Of a stretch of DNA of 64,000 nucleotides, positions 40,452 to 53,289 are shown piece after piece. The stretch lies in assembly GCF_009914755.1 (NCBI RefSeq), contig NC_060931.1; one strand, written 5' to 3'. Below the pieces are notes generated by a model, which did no database searches, was not told the origin of the DNA, and saw nothing but the letters and a program-made list of their open reading frames with translations. How positions within the stretch are numbered: position 1 is the first letter of the stretch; each line of letters begins with the position of its first letter. This stretch comes from the human T2T-CHM13v2.0 reference genome, Homo sapiens. The translations under genes were made by a program, and so were the position numbers.

Positions 40452-41448
40452 GATTGTTGCGTTTACAATCCCTGAGCTAGATACAAAGGTTCTCCACGTC
40501 CCCATCAGATTAGTTAGATACAGAGTTTCGACACACAGGTTCTCCAAGGCCCCACCAGAGCAGCTAGATACAGAGTGTCGATTGGTGCACTCACAAACCT
40601 TGAGCTAAACACAGGGTGCTGATTGGTGTATTTACAATCCCTGAGCTAGACATAAAGGTTCTCCAAGGCCCCACCAGAGCAGCTAGATACAGAGTGTCGA
40701 TTGGTGCACTCACAAACCCTGAGCTAGACACAAGGTGCTGATTGGTGTGTTTACAATCCCTGAGCTAGATATAAAGACTCTCCATGTCCCCACCAGACTC
40801 AGGAGCCCAGCTGGCTTCACCTAGTGGATCCCGCACCAGGGCTGCAGGTGGAGCTGCCTGCCAGTCCCGCGCTGTGCACTCGCATTCCTCAGCCCTTGGG
40901 TGGTCGATGGGACTGGGCTCCTTGGAGCAGGGGGTGGTGCTCGTCGGGGAGGCTCCGGCTGCACAGGAGCCCATGGAGGGGGTGGGAGGCTCAGGCATGG
41001 CGCGCTGCAGGTCCCGAGACCTGCCCCGCAGGAAGGCAGCTAAGGCTTGGTGAGAAATCGAGCACAGCACCGGTGGGCTGGCACTGCTGGAGGACCCAGT
41101 ACACCCTCCGCAGCCACTGGCCCTGGTGCTAAGTCCCTCATTGCCCCGGGGCCAGCAGGGCTGGCCGGCTGCTCCGAGTGCGGGGCCCGCCAAGCCCACA
41201 CCCGCTGGGAACTCCAACTGGCCCGCAAATGCTGCACGCAGCCCCGGTTCCCGCTGGTGCCTCTCCCTCCACACCTCCCTGCAAGCTGAGAGACTGGGCT
41301 CCAGCCTTGGCCAGTCCAGAAAGGGGCTCCCACAGTGCAGCGGTGGGCCGAAGGGCTCCTCAAGTGCCGCCAAAGTGGGAGCCCAGGCAGAGGAGGCACA
41401 GAGAGCGAGCAAGGGCTGTGAGGACTGCCAGCATGCTGTCACCTCTCA
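40452..41448 (-). mobile_element. LTR12C (ERV9) LTR, 3'-truncated: GC-rich U3 plus CCAAT repeat array only
   Basis: Reverse complement begins TGAGAGGTGACAGCATGCTGGCAGTCCTCACAGCCC at 41448; ~40-bp GATTGGTG/AGCTAGATA repeats at 40452-40775. Confidence 0.93.
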
Positions 41449-41480
41449 GCATGACCTTCATCAGCCTTTCCTTGTGGGCC

Positions 41481-42013
41481 CGTCAGAGGCGTTGGAACCA
41501 AAGCAACTCCATCTTAAATAGAGGCTGGGTAAAATAAGCCTGAAATCTACTGGGCTGCATTCCCAGATGGTTAGGCATTCTAAGTCATAGGATGAGATAG
41601 GAGGTTGGCACAAGATACAGGTCATAAAGACCCTGCTGATAAAACAGGTAGCAGGAAAGAAGCCGGCAAAAACCCACCAAAACCAAGATGACTATGAGAG
41701 TGACCTCTGGTCATTCTCACTGCTACACTCCCACCAGCGCCATCACAGTTTACAAATGCCATGGCAAAGTTCGGAAGTTACCTTATGTGGTCTAAAAGGG
41801 GGAGGCATAAATAACCCAGCTCTTATTTAGCATATAATCAAGAAATAACCATAGAAATGGGCAACCAGGGAGTAGCCATTCTTTTATTCGTTTACTTTAC
41901 TTTCTTAACAAACTTGCTTTCACTTTACTCCATGGACTTGCCCTGAATTCTTTCCTGTGCGAGATTCAAGAACCCTGTCTTGGGGTCTGGATCTGGACCC
42001 CTTTCCGGTAACA
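41481..42013 (+). mobile_element. MER41A solo LTR (ERV1)
   Basis: GTCAGAGGCGTTGGAACCAAAGCAACTCCATCTT start; GGACCCCTTTCCGGTAACA end; lacks the MER41B tandem GAS segment. Confidence 0.9.
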
Positions 42014-42382
42014 AGCAGGGGCCCCTTTCCCATCTTTGCACACAATTCCATGTTCATAATTCATCTTCTACTCAAGAGGACCTCCAAAATAGCAGACTTT
42101 GTGGGCCCTGCTAGAACTAGGCTCCCCTGTGACTGGCTTGCTTGCCAAGACGCCCTTCACTGCTCTGATTAGGGTGCCCACTTCTTCCCTGCTCCAGCCC
42201 TGTGGTCTGACTGGGCCATGAATCAGACCCAGACTGGGGCTGACCTTTCTGCCCCACCCCAAAATACACACTTCTCAAATGTACCTAGAATATACAAGTC
42301 CCTCCCTGTCTGAATGTGGTCCCGGAGAGGAAAGGGACAGGTCTCTGGTGGAGCAGCGAAGGCACGATGGAGCCATTGGGTC

Positions 42383-42816
42383 TGATAAAAGAAAAACTTC
42401 AACCGAATTAAATTTGAAGGAGTTTAATTGAGCAATGAACAATTTTTGAATCAGGCAGCCCCCAGAATCACAGCAGATTCACAGAGACTTCAGGGGTGCC
42501 TCGTGACCGGAACAAATTTATAGACAAAAAAGTAAAGTGGCATATAAGAATCAGAAATGAGGTACAGAAACAGTGAGACTGGTCACAGCTCTGCAGTGGC
42601 CTTATTTGAAGGCAGTTTGAACATTCAGCAGTCTATGAGTGGTTGAAGTATGGCCGCTGGGATTGGCCAACACTCAGCCACTGTTACAGGTGCATATACT
42701 ACTAAGTTAGGTTTTCAACTTTGTCTGACTATTAAGCTAGGTTACAGTTCATCCACAAGGACTCAAATAATAGAAGTACGGAGTCCTTTTCAGGCCATAT
42801 TTAGTTGGCTTTAACA
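42383..42816 (-). mobile_element. MER57 (A/B1-like) solo LTR (ERV1)
   Basis: AGAAAAACTTCAACCGAATTAAATTT .. CAGGCCATATTTAGTTGGCTTTAACA; perfect 4-bp TSD GGTC. Confidence 0.88.
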
Positions 42817-44574
42817 GGTCCTACTGACTGGTTGCATTCAACCTCTAACATTTCGTCATCCCCAAGACCAGCTTCTCTGCGTCCTTTCCATCAATGTTAT
42901 TGTCCAAGTTCCAATGCCCAGAGGCACCATTTGTCATCATAACAAGGATTGGAATCAGAATCGTATGGCTGATAGGAAGCCATCAGCAGAAACCTTGTAA
43001 TATTCAACTCCTATTTCTTCTGAATTTAAGATATCGATATGTATAGCAGCATTGATTTTCCTCTGGCTGAGTGAGGCCAAATTGCCCACATTTCTATTTC
43101 TACATTTTCCCATTAATAAACCTGCAGAACATTTAAAGTTCATGCAAATATTCTAAGTGACCATATGGATACAGAGAGTCATTCCTTTTCCATGTTTCAC
43201 TGGCTTAATATTCACAACTGGAGGGAATGAAATCATAGCACATTAATAGAAAACATGGAAACAGTTATGTACAGTGTTACTCAGAAAATCTTAGTGAGTA
43301 GTCAAATCGACACCGAGAGCTATCTGCAAAACCGCCTCCACCTGCGGAGCCTGGCTCCTGGCTGGAAACCTATGCATGGTGTCTGGGCCTGCCCTTGGTC
43401 AACGGAAGCCTCACCTGCTGGCCTCATCCGCATGGCCTCACCTGCGTGGCCTCAACTGCCGGCCTCGCCTGAGGCACCTGGGCACCTGGCTCAGTGCAAG
43501 CCAGCATCACCGTCTGAAGGAAGCTGCAGTCAAGGCCTCCGGACCAGGCTGGCTGTGGTCTTTGCACATTTACATTCCCAACCCTTCATTTCTAAGGCTT
43601 TTTAGCTGAGATTTTGGACAAAAGTCTTCTTCAAGTTCCTCTGCTGAGTCCTCCTTTTGCCACAAGGATGGAGAAAAATTGGAGACGCTTTTCCCACTCT
43701 GAGCCCTCCCCCAGCAATTTCCATTCTTAACCCTCTTCCCTCACCCTTCTCCTTTATTCCAGGGCCCAAAAAACTGCAGGAACCTTTTGTTTGGGGCTCC
43801 CTTGATGGTGAGAAGACGGCCACATCTGTGCAGAGCTGCCTGACCCTGGACTAGGACTCCACTCCATGGGAAGCGGGGAGCAAGGAGTCACTGCTTCTTC
43901 GGCTCGAGTTCTGGCTTCCTGGGCCCATGGAGGGAGGAAAGGTGTGCCTATGTTTGTCCTGTTGCTGTAACTGACCACCTGCCCCTGCGGGCTCAGCCCT
44001 CTCCAGTTCAGCGAATCCTAACACCACCAAGCTGTCCTTTCTCTTCTGATAACTTGGCTATTCCAAAGACGTCGTTTATCAAAATTATGGACTTGCCCAG
44101 GTGTAAATTAGTAGGAAAGCAAGAGTCTAGGTTTACTTCTAATCTATTTGTTTTATAAAACTCGTAGTCTTTTTTTAAGTTCAAAGTACCCTAAACTATT
44201 TTTTCCTGGTAAATATAATCTCTTGAACATCTAAATTTTCTCTCAGAAGGGAAACCTAAGTGAAGTCATTAAATGGAAATAAAACAAAAAAGAGAGTTCC
44301 AGGGAATATAAATAAATTAATTAAAAATGATTATTCTGGCTTTAAAGAAATGATTCCTCTGACAAAGTTCATTTAAATTAATACTATTGTTATTAATGAG
44401 GTCGTTTATTCATAAAATAAATATGCTGAAAATAAAAACATAACATTTTGTGTAGTCAAATTTGAACAATACAAATAAAACAATGAAATTTGAAGTATTA
44501 CTTTCATTTGTGGCCAAGGAAAGGATTGACAATTTATTGGTAATATAATGCTTCAGTTAATTTTATACAAACGG

Positions 44575-44790
44575 GATAGCCTGGAGATTAAAAGCCAGGA
44601 CTCAAAAATCAAAGTGCCTCTGTACAAGTCCCAGCTCTGCCCTGTCCTAGCTACGTGAGTTGGAGTCCTCCTACAGCCCACCCCATCTCTCTGTCTAGAG
44701 CACAAAGTCATTCCGCTTTCCTGTTCAGGTGCTTATGAGCAATAGGTTAGTTACAGTTTATGCAAGTGCTGAAATCATTTGTTTAATAAA
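44575..44790 (+). mobile_element. MIR SINE
   Basis: AAGTCCCAGCTCTGCC..CTAGCTACGTGA, TATGCAAGTGCT. Confidence 0.55.
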
Positions 44791-44838
44791 TTAACTACTT
44801 TATTTGGAGCAAAACCTTTTTGTCTTTCTGTACAGAGA

Positions 44839-45269
44839 TGGGATTCAGGACGGGCTACTCCAAAATATGATACCTTGGCATTTGAGAAAACAGCAAAAGC
44901 AAGAAGATCACTCTCAGCCTTCCCTCACCCTTTCTTCCCTGAAGCAGATCTTAAAGCCTAAATTCCAGGGGTGCTCTCCCTGTAGCTGGAGGGAAGGAAT
45001 GAGTCTGAACAAACAGGTCTTGCTAAGTTCCCCCAATTTGTTGCCATCAGATCCTGCCTTTTTATCCAATCATACTACTCTATGACTTCTTAATCAAACC
45101 TAGCATGAAAAATATACAGGTTTGTTCATTTTTTGAGTCTTTCTTTCTGAAGGTTCTGTTTCATCTAAAACATATCAAATAAACATGCATGCTTTTGTCT
45201 TGTGAATCTGTCTTTTGTTATAGGTGTGTCTGCCATGAATCTTGAGGTGGGTGAGGAATAAAGATACCT
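44839..45269 (+). mobile_element. MER34A-like LTR
   Basis: GGATTCAGGAC..CTACTCCAAAATATGATACCTTGGCATTTGAGAAAACAGCA; GAATCTGTCTTTTGTTATAGG. Confidence 0.75.
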
Positions 45270-45430
45270 CATGACAGAAACATGCTTGAGTCTAGTTTTC
45301 TGGTATTTTGTGTTCTCCAGAGGAGACATTGGGTGCTCCAAAGTCAAGTTCACGCAACTGCATGGATTACTCTGATGACTTCAACTTTTGTTTATGCAAA
45401 TATTTACAATTTATGTTTGATGTCCTATTC

Positions 45431-45727
45431 TTTTTTTTTTTTTTTGAGATGGAGTCTCACTCTGTCGCCCAGGCGGGAGCACAGTGGTGCAATCTCAGCT
45501 CACTACAACTTCTGCTTCCTGGGTTCAAGCAATTCTCCTGCCTCAGCCTCCTGAGTAGCTGGGGTTACAGGCGTATGCCACCACACCCAGCTAATTTTTG
45601 TATTTTTAGTAGAGACGGGGTTTCACTATGTTTGCCAAGCCAGTCTTGAACTCCTAACCTCAGTTGATCTGCCTGCCTAGTCTTCCCAAAGTGCTGGGAT
45701 TACAGGCTCAAACCACCACAACCAGCC
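45431..45727 (-). mobile_element. AluS (Sx/Sz-like)
   Basis: Full dimer; TSD TGATGTCCTATT/TGAGGTCCTATT. Confidence 0.95.
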
Positions 45728-46094
45728 TGAGGTCCTATTATTGACTGTAGTTTATGTGTTAATGTATATAATACATGATCTTGTATTTCTAAACGATTTC
45801 ACCTTCTTTGTGAGTGAAAAGGGGTGCTTTTAATCATACTTCACTGGGATAACTGGTACAACTCAGATTATTTACAGGTGTTTTTATTTGGCCCATGCTG
45901 TCTTTCCGTTTAAGTATGACACTTGTTCTTTGATGTATTTTCCTTTTGGGTTGACATGCATGCTATGGCAGACGCTGTCAGTGTCTTCCCTATATGCCCT
46001 CGTTGTGTACCTCCTTTGCCAGTAGGGCACACACACAGCCAACACCTGTAATCCTGCTTGATCTTTTTCTTTCTGCAGAAACACCTAAAAAATA

Positions 46095-46432
46095 AGTTTT
46101 ATACCCATTCGAAGTCACTCTCCACTCTCACTGTTTCCCCAACCCCGGATATCCACTAATCTACTTTTTGGCTTCATGGATTTGACTATTCTGGACATTT
46201 TATATAAATGGAATCATACAACATATGGCCTTATTTGTCTGTTTTCTTTTTTAACTTAACAATGTTTTCAAGGTTCATCCATGGTGTAGAAAGCACTGGG
46301 ACTTTATTTCTTATGGCTCGATATTATTCCTTAATGTTTCTGAGGTATACCACATTTTGTTTATCTGTTTATAAATTGATAAGACATTTTGGTTAGGCTT
46401 TCTGCTGTTTGGCTATTATTAATAATGCTACA

Positions 46433-46468
<36 letters not shown>

Positions 46469-47590
46469 GTTTTTGCACAAACATATTTTTAATTCTTTTC
46501 AGTGTATAACTAGGGGGTGGAATTTTAAATCCTATGGATAGGTTTATCTTTTTGATGAACTGCGAAACTGTTTTCCATAGTTGCTAAACTATTTTGGATT
46601 TTTTACCAGTAACGCATGTGCATTTCAGTTTCTTCATATCTATTATATATATTTATCTATTTGTAAATATTTTCTCCCATACCATGGGTTGTCTTTTTAT
46701 GTTCCTGGTAGTACTCTTTGATGGAATAAAGATTTTAATTTAGATAAAATTCAATTTATGTGTTTATTCGTTGGTCACTTGTGGTTCTATTGTCATATCT
46801 AAGAAATCTTTGCTTAGTCCAAGGTCACAAAGATTTATAGTTATATGTTCTAAAGCTTTATAGTTTTAGCTTGTACATTTAGGTCTTTGATTGACTTTGA
46901 ATTAATTTTTGAATATGATGTAAAGTAGGAGTCCAAATCTATTTTTTTTACATGTAGATATTTATTTGTCCCGACAGCATTTGTGGAAAAGATGATTCTT
47001 TCCTCACTGAATGTACTTGGTAACCTCAAAATCACACATGTAAGCGTTTATCTCTGGGATCTATTCTATTTCATTGTTTTGCGTATCTATTCCTATATGA
47101 CTATCACAGTGTATTTATTACTGTAGCTTTGTAGTAAATTTTGATATTAGGAATTGTGAGTTCTCCAACTGTGTTCTTTATTTTTTCAATATTGCTTGGA
47201 TTATTTTGGGCCCCTTACTTTTCCACATGGATTTAAGGAACAGCTTATCCATTTCTGCAAAATGGCAGTTAGAATTTTGCTAGAAATTGCATTGAATCTG
47301 GGGAGTATTATCATGTTAACAAGATTATCTTCCAATCCATGAACATAGGTGCCTTTCCATTTATTTAGATTGTCTTTGATTTCCTTCAACAGTGTTTTAT
47401 AGTTTTGATAAGATTCATATTTATTCAGTTAAATGTATTCCTAAGTATTATGTTCTTTTTGTTACTATTTTAAATGGAGTTTATTTTCTTAACTTCATTT
47501 AAGGTTGTTCATTGCTATTGTATAGAAACACAACTAATTTTTATATTGGCCTAGTATCTTACAACTTTAATGGATTCATCTATTAGCTGT
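46095..47590 (-). mobile_element. Old L1 (L1MB-type) 3'UTR/ORF2 with internal (CA)n at about 46431-46458
   Basis: TATTCTGGACATTTTATATAAATGGAATCATACA; ORFs 46850-47035 and 47201-47389 translate to decayed L1 ORF2 (EIKDNLNKWK). Confidence 0.85.
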
Positions 47591-47847
47591 AGGAGTTGAG
47601 AGTTTAGAGTTATGTACTCTTTCTCTACTAATTTTAATCTGGTCTAATCTGTCAGTGATCTAAACAATCACACAATAAAGAGATATATTTAGTTTAGTTT
47701 ATATTTCTGGGCCTATTTATTAATATTTTAGTTAACTTTTGCCGAGGGCCTTCCCTACTTCTTTTGCTTCTGATCTTTACATTGAATATTTTTTCCTGTT
47801 CTGAGTTCATCCTCAGGAAAAAATAATTGATACAAATCTTTGCTAAA

Positions 47848-47977
47848 CCCATTTATGCCTAGTGTTGCATTATTGGAACGCTAAGCCTGTGGGAGTTATT
47901 TTTATCCTACCGTTGAAGGTCATTGCCAAGGTCTCAACAAAAAAATTCAAAAAATTGTAACCTCAGGCATAAATGGC
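47848..47977 (+). mobile_element. MER85 piggyBac (PGBD3-derived) MITE
   Basis: 13-bp TIRs CCCATTTATGCCT / AGGCATAAATGGC; flanks TAAA and TTAA; internal GTTGCATTATTGGAACGCTAAG. Confidence 0.92.
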
Positions 47978-49764
47978 TTAATAGGAAAATAATCCTCATT
48001 GGCATGAATGATTGGGCCTATTCTCAACCTGACATGATTCTTTTCAGTTGGTCACCAAATATGACCATTTTTTGTCATTGAAACAATTCATCAAGTTTTA
48101 CCAACTTGGTTAGTTCATTCACTGAATAAAGTTTGAAATTAAGATTTGGATTTTTCATAAGGGTATTGGTAAAGGAGGCTGTAATGACTTTTTAAATTAT
48201 ATGTATATATATACATTCTTATACTTATTTTATCTGATGTGCATAAATGTCTTAACACCTACTAACATTGAACTTACTATTAACTGAAGAACATTGAACA
48301 GAAATGTAAGTAGCTTTAAATATTAATTGTATTTTCCAATTATTTATTCACAGTCTCCATTTGATTCCACTATTTTTCTTTTTAAACTAAATGATCTAAA
48401 AGAGCTTAAATTTTAATGAAATATATAAATGAATGAGTTATTTAGTAAGATTTTGTCAATAATATGCCTTTCACATATTAATTTTGCTTTGATTAATATA
48501 GTAATAATAAATCATCAAATAGCACTTAATTTTACATATTGTCTTCCCAAGCATTGTTTTATTTAATTTTCTCAAAGTTTTGCAAAATAAATATTACACT
48601 AATTTTAAATGTATAAAATAAAGGTCTCAAAAGATGATTATTTTTTAAATCACATAGACTAAATCTTTTTTTTTCCATATGTGCTTTATTTTGCAATGTA
48701 CAAACACAGGCTTGCACAGGAACTGTGGAATAAGAGTTGAACATCACATAAAGAGACAAACTTTCAAGCTTTTCTCTTGAGAAAAAAAAGGAACTGTTAT
48801 TTATTGACAATATACGATACAGTGGCAAACTTGTTCTACTTATGCATTGAGTGAACGTTCACTAATACCATGTGGTATAAATATAAATGTACATTTGCAA
48901 AGATAAGGCATAAATTACTTGTTCAAAAGGTATAAGAGTGAGAAAGACCAGGAATGGGAATTTAAAATAATATGGGCTTGCCGTCAAAGCCTGGTTTTTG
49001 TTTTTTATTGTATCAGGAATGGCACATAAGAATTGAAAATCCTAATTATACCATAGTTCTTTTCTAGAAACCACTGCATTTTGAAGATCACTATTTGCCA
49101 GAGACTAGCATAATACACCGATAGAAATATTGTTAAGTGACAAGTAAGAAAAATAATTTGGAAGGAATATATAACAAAACATACCTTATCTGTTTAGCAA
49201 AAATTAAATGACATATTTTAAAATTTTATATTACTAAGTTGTTTGTGAAAACTTCATATTTCTAAATCAGAGAACATATTAACATGTTGGAGAATTATAA
49301 AGATAGAAACTAATTGTTTGTCTTTAAATAAATGTTTAAATACATAATGTGTTTTCTGCTATAGTATATATATCAGGTTTTTTGGCAGTAGTTTTATTTT
49401 ATTTTATTTTCTATCAGGTTTATTGAGGTATAATTTACCTGCAATAAAATACAACCATTTTAATTTGTAGCTCTGTATGTTTTGACAAAGTACACATCCA
49501 TGTAATGACCACCATAATCAAGATAATAGCCCAGCTCCATCGCCAAAAAAGAATTCCATGGTGGCCTTTTGTTGTCATCTTCCTGCCCACATTAAATAAT
49601 CACCGATTTGTTGTAATTGAGTTGTGAGATTTTGTTTATTCTGAATACAAATCTCTTACTGGAAATGTGTTTTGCATACATTTTCCTTAGTTTTTATCGT
49701 CTCTTTTAATTTTTAATAACGCTTCTTAAAAATCAGAATATCTTAGTTTTATTAAAGTAGAGTT

Positions 49765-50060
<296 letters not shown>

Positions 50061-50489
50061 TAAAGTACAGTTTATCAAATATTTTATTTCAATGATCATG
50101 CTTTTGGGATTACAACTAAGAAATGTGTTTCTAAACCAAGGCCAAAAATATTTTATCCTGTTTTCCTCTTGAAATTTTATAATTTTATGTTTTATATTTA
50201 GGTATATGATCCATTTCAAGTTAATTTTTATATTAAGTATGTAGTGTGAATCAAGGTTAATTATTTTGTGTAGGAATGTTCAAAGGATCAAGCATATTTT
50301 TTGAAAAGACTGTCTCCTATCCATTGAATTGCCCTTGTACCTTTGTTGAAAACCAATTAGCCATATATGAATGCCTCTATTTTTGGACTCTGTTATTTTC
50401 CATTGATTGATATGGAGATACCATTTTGTAAATACCAACTCTGCATGCATTCTCAGGATAAATCACATTTGGGCATGATATTATGTGTA

Positions 50490-50497
<8 letters not shown>

Positions 50498-50537
<40 letters not shown>
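50498..50537. repeat. (TA)20 microsatellite
   Basis: Directly visible. Confidence 0.97.
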
Positions 50538-50549
<12 letters not shown>

Positions 50550-50784
50550 TATATATTTGAGCAATTGTCAATTTCTCCTTTCAGTTTTTTCAGTTTTTGA
50601 CTCATGTATCACGCAGCTCTGTTGTTAGGTGTGTACACATTTAGGACTGCAGTGTGTTGATAAATTGATGTCTTTATCATTAGGTACTTTTATTATCCTT
50701 TTATATCTCTAATAAATTTTCTGGTTCTGAAGTCTATTTTATCTCAATGAGGCTCTTGTCTCTTGGCTAGCATTTACTGGGCCT

Positions 50785-51088
<304 letters not shown>

Positions 51089-51424
51089 AGCGTTTTTATT
51101 TTTCTCATCCTTTTAACTTATCCGTGTCTTTATGTTTAAAATAGACTTTAAAAATGCATCACTAGGCCTTTTTTCTTAAACCCATTTGACAATTTCTGTT
51201 TTTAAATTGATACATTTGGATCATTTTATTTAATACAAATTTTGGTTTACTGGATAAATATTGACCATGATGTTGTTTTGCATATTTTTTATCTCGTTTC
51301 CTTTTTTGCCTGCTTCTTGATTGGGTAAATTTTATCATTCCATTTCATCTTCACTACTAGCTATTATTTATTATTTACGCCTCTTTATTTTAGAGTTTTT
51401 CATTATTTTCTTGGGATTTACATT

Positions 51425-51970
51425 GGTCAATCTAAAATAATCAGAAAGGTCAGAATCTGATTTAAGGAAATTAGTTCCAGCACAAAATTTAAGGAAGAGC
51501 CACCTGCCTGAGGAGCATGGATTCCAAAGAATGCAAGTCAGTGCTCCAAAGTGTAGAAGTCTGGGACTGCTTATATAGGTAAAGCTTAGGGGAGTTTAAC
51601 AGAATTTCATCTTTCTTTATAAGGCATAATGCATAACTACAAAAATCTGACTAGTTGAGGTGGTCTTTTTGTTTCTGGAAACTATAACATTCTACACTGA
51701 AGATACAACTGTCATGGCCTCTTGGGTGCCATCTGGTCTGAGAAAGTTACAGAATGATAAAGCAGGCAGTTAATCCACAGCAAAGCTCCATGATAGGAAG
51801 GGGGCTGTCTAGTCTCTGGCCTCTCATAGGCATTTATGGGAACCAGAACAATGAGAGAGTTTAATCTTAGAAGTAGAACTGCAAACATGCTACTGACTCA
51901 GCCTCCAGAGCTTAACTTTCCCCTTAGCATAATACATTTAGAGGGTTCTGAAATTTTGTTTTATTTTACA
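51425..51970 (-). mobile_element. ERV1 MER4-group LTR (MER65-like)
   Basis: GTCAATCTAAAATAATCAGAAAGGTCAGAATCT .. CTTAACTTTCCCTTAGCATAAT..TTTTACA; possible TSD CATT/CACT. Confidence 0.65.
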
Positions 51971-52124
51971 CACTATAAACTCTAATGAATCATAGTCAAC
52001 CTTCATGTAATATTATGCTGCTCCACAACAGTATGAGAATCTTATTCTCTTACATTTCCAATTCCTGTATTTATGCTATTTTGTTGTACATTTCACCTCT
52101 GTTTATGTTAAAAAACAAAAAGCT

Positions 52125-52436
52125 GTCCTGGCACGGTGGCTCACGCCTGTAATCCCAACACTTTGGGAGACCAAGGCGAGTGGATCATCTGAGGTCAGGA
52201 GTTTGAGAGCAGCCTGTCCAACACAGTGAAACCGCGTCTTTACTGAAAAATACAAAAATTAGCCAGATGTGGTGGCAGGCACCTGTAATCCCAGCTACTC
52301 AGGAGGCTGAGGCAGGAGAATTGCTTGAATCTGGAGGCAGAGGTTGCAGTAAACTGAGATAGTGCCACGGCACTCCAGCCTAGGTGACAGTAAGACTTTG
52401 TCTCAAAAAATAAATAAATAAAAAATAAAATAAAAC
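52125..52436 (+). mobile_element. AluS
   Basis: Full dimer with A/TAAA tail; TSD ..AAAAGCT. Confidence 0.93.
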
Positions 52437-52859
52437 CCCAAAAGCTTTGCTATTATTTTTACTTCAGGCACTTCTATTTTGAGTTATCTAAAATAAGAAA
52501 ATTGTTTTCATGTTTACATATACTTTAACAGTTTTTCAAAAGTCTGTATCTTTTGTGTAGATCCTAGCTTCTCTCAGGTACCATTTCTGCTTAAATAACT
52601 GCTTTAAGAGTTCTTATAGTGTAAGTCTACTGGTAATACATTCTTTCAGCTTTTGGTTCACTTAATAACATATGTATTTTTAATTTACTTAAAAGTATTT
52701 GACACTTGTTTGTTTTTTTTTTGTTTTTCTTTTAGCTTTGTGTTGTCTTCTATGGTAGAGGGTTTGTTCTTTTCCCTTTCCCTGCCTCAATTAGTCTTTA
52801 CATATGCCCTGAAGGATATGGTATTCCCTGCCTTCACCGAGTTACTTCAGCCCTCTACT

Positions 52860-53159
52860 TTTTTTTTTTTTTTTTTTTGAGATGGAGTCTTGCTCTGTCT
52901 CATGGGCTGGAATGCAGTGGCACAGTCTTGGCTCACTGCAACCTCCATCTCCCAGGTTCAAGTGATTCTCTGCCCCAGCCTCCCAAGTAGCTGGGATTAC
53001 AGGCACTTGCCACCACACTCAGCTAATTTCTGTATTTTTAGTAGAGATGGGGTTTCACCATGTTGGCCAGGCTGGTCTCGAACTCCTGACCTCAGGTGAT
53101 CCACCCGCCTCGGCCTCCCAAAGTGCTAGGATTACAGGCGTCAGCCACTGGGTCTGGCC
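52860..53159 (-). mobile_element. AluSx-like
   Basis: Full dimer; TSD CAGCCCTCTACT/CAACCCTCTACT. Confidence 0.95.
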
Positions 53160-53289
53160 CAACCCTCTACTCTTTAGGGGAGAAGGGCCCAGGCAGAGCT
53201 GGATTCCACTCCATAGCAGTGGCCACTCCCTCTCTCAGGCTGTACCACTGAGGGGTCTTTCTCAGGTCTCCCACCTCACCTTTTAAATC

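Noticed and set aside
40452-40775. Regularly spaced ~40-bp repeats resembling a CRISPR array
   Set aside because: This is the ERV9/LTR12 enhancer repeat array; no unique spacers, no cas genes, and the DNA is eukaryotic.
40765-41537. 225-aa ORF and overlapping ORFs
   Set aside because: They lie in the GC-rich U3 of LTR12C, where stop codons are scarce; open frames on both strands indicate an artefact.
45282-45649. Alu-derived ORFs (also at 19397, 37766, 49752, 52890, 57466)
   Set aside because: Typical Alu translations such as SAHCNL and [10 protein letters not shown].
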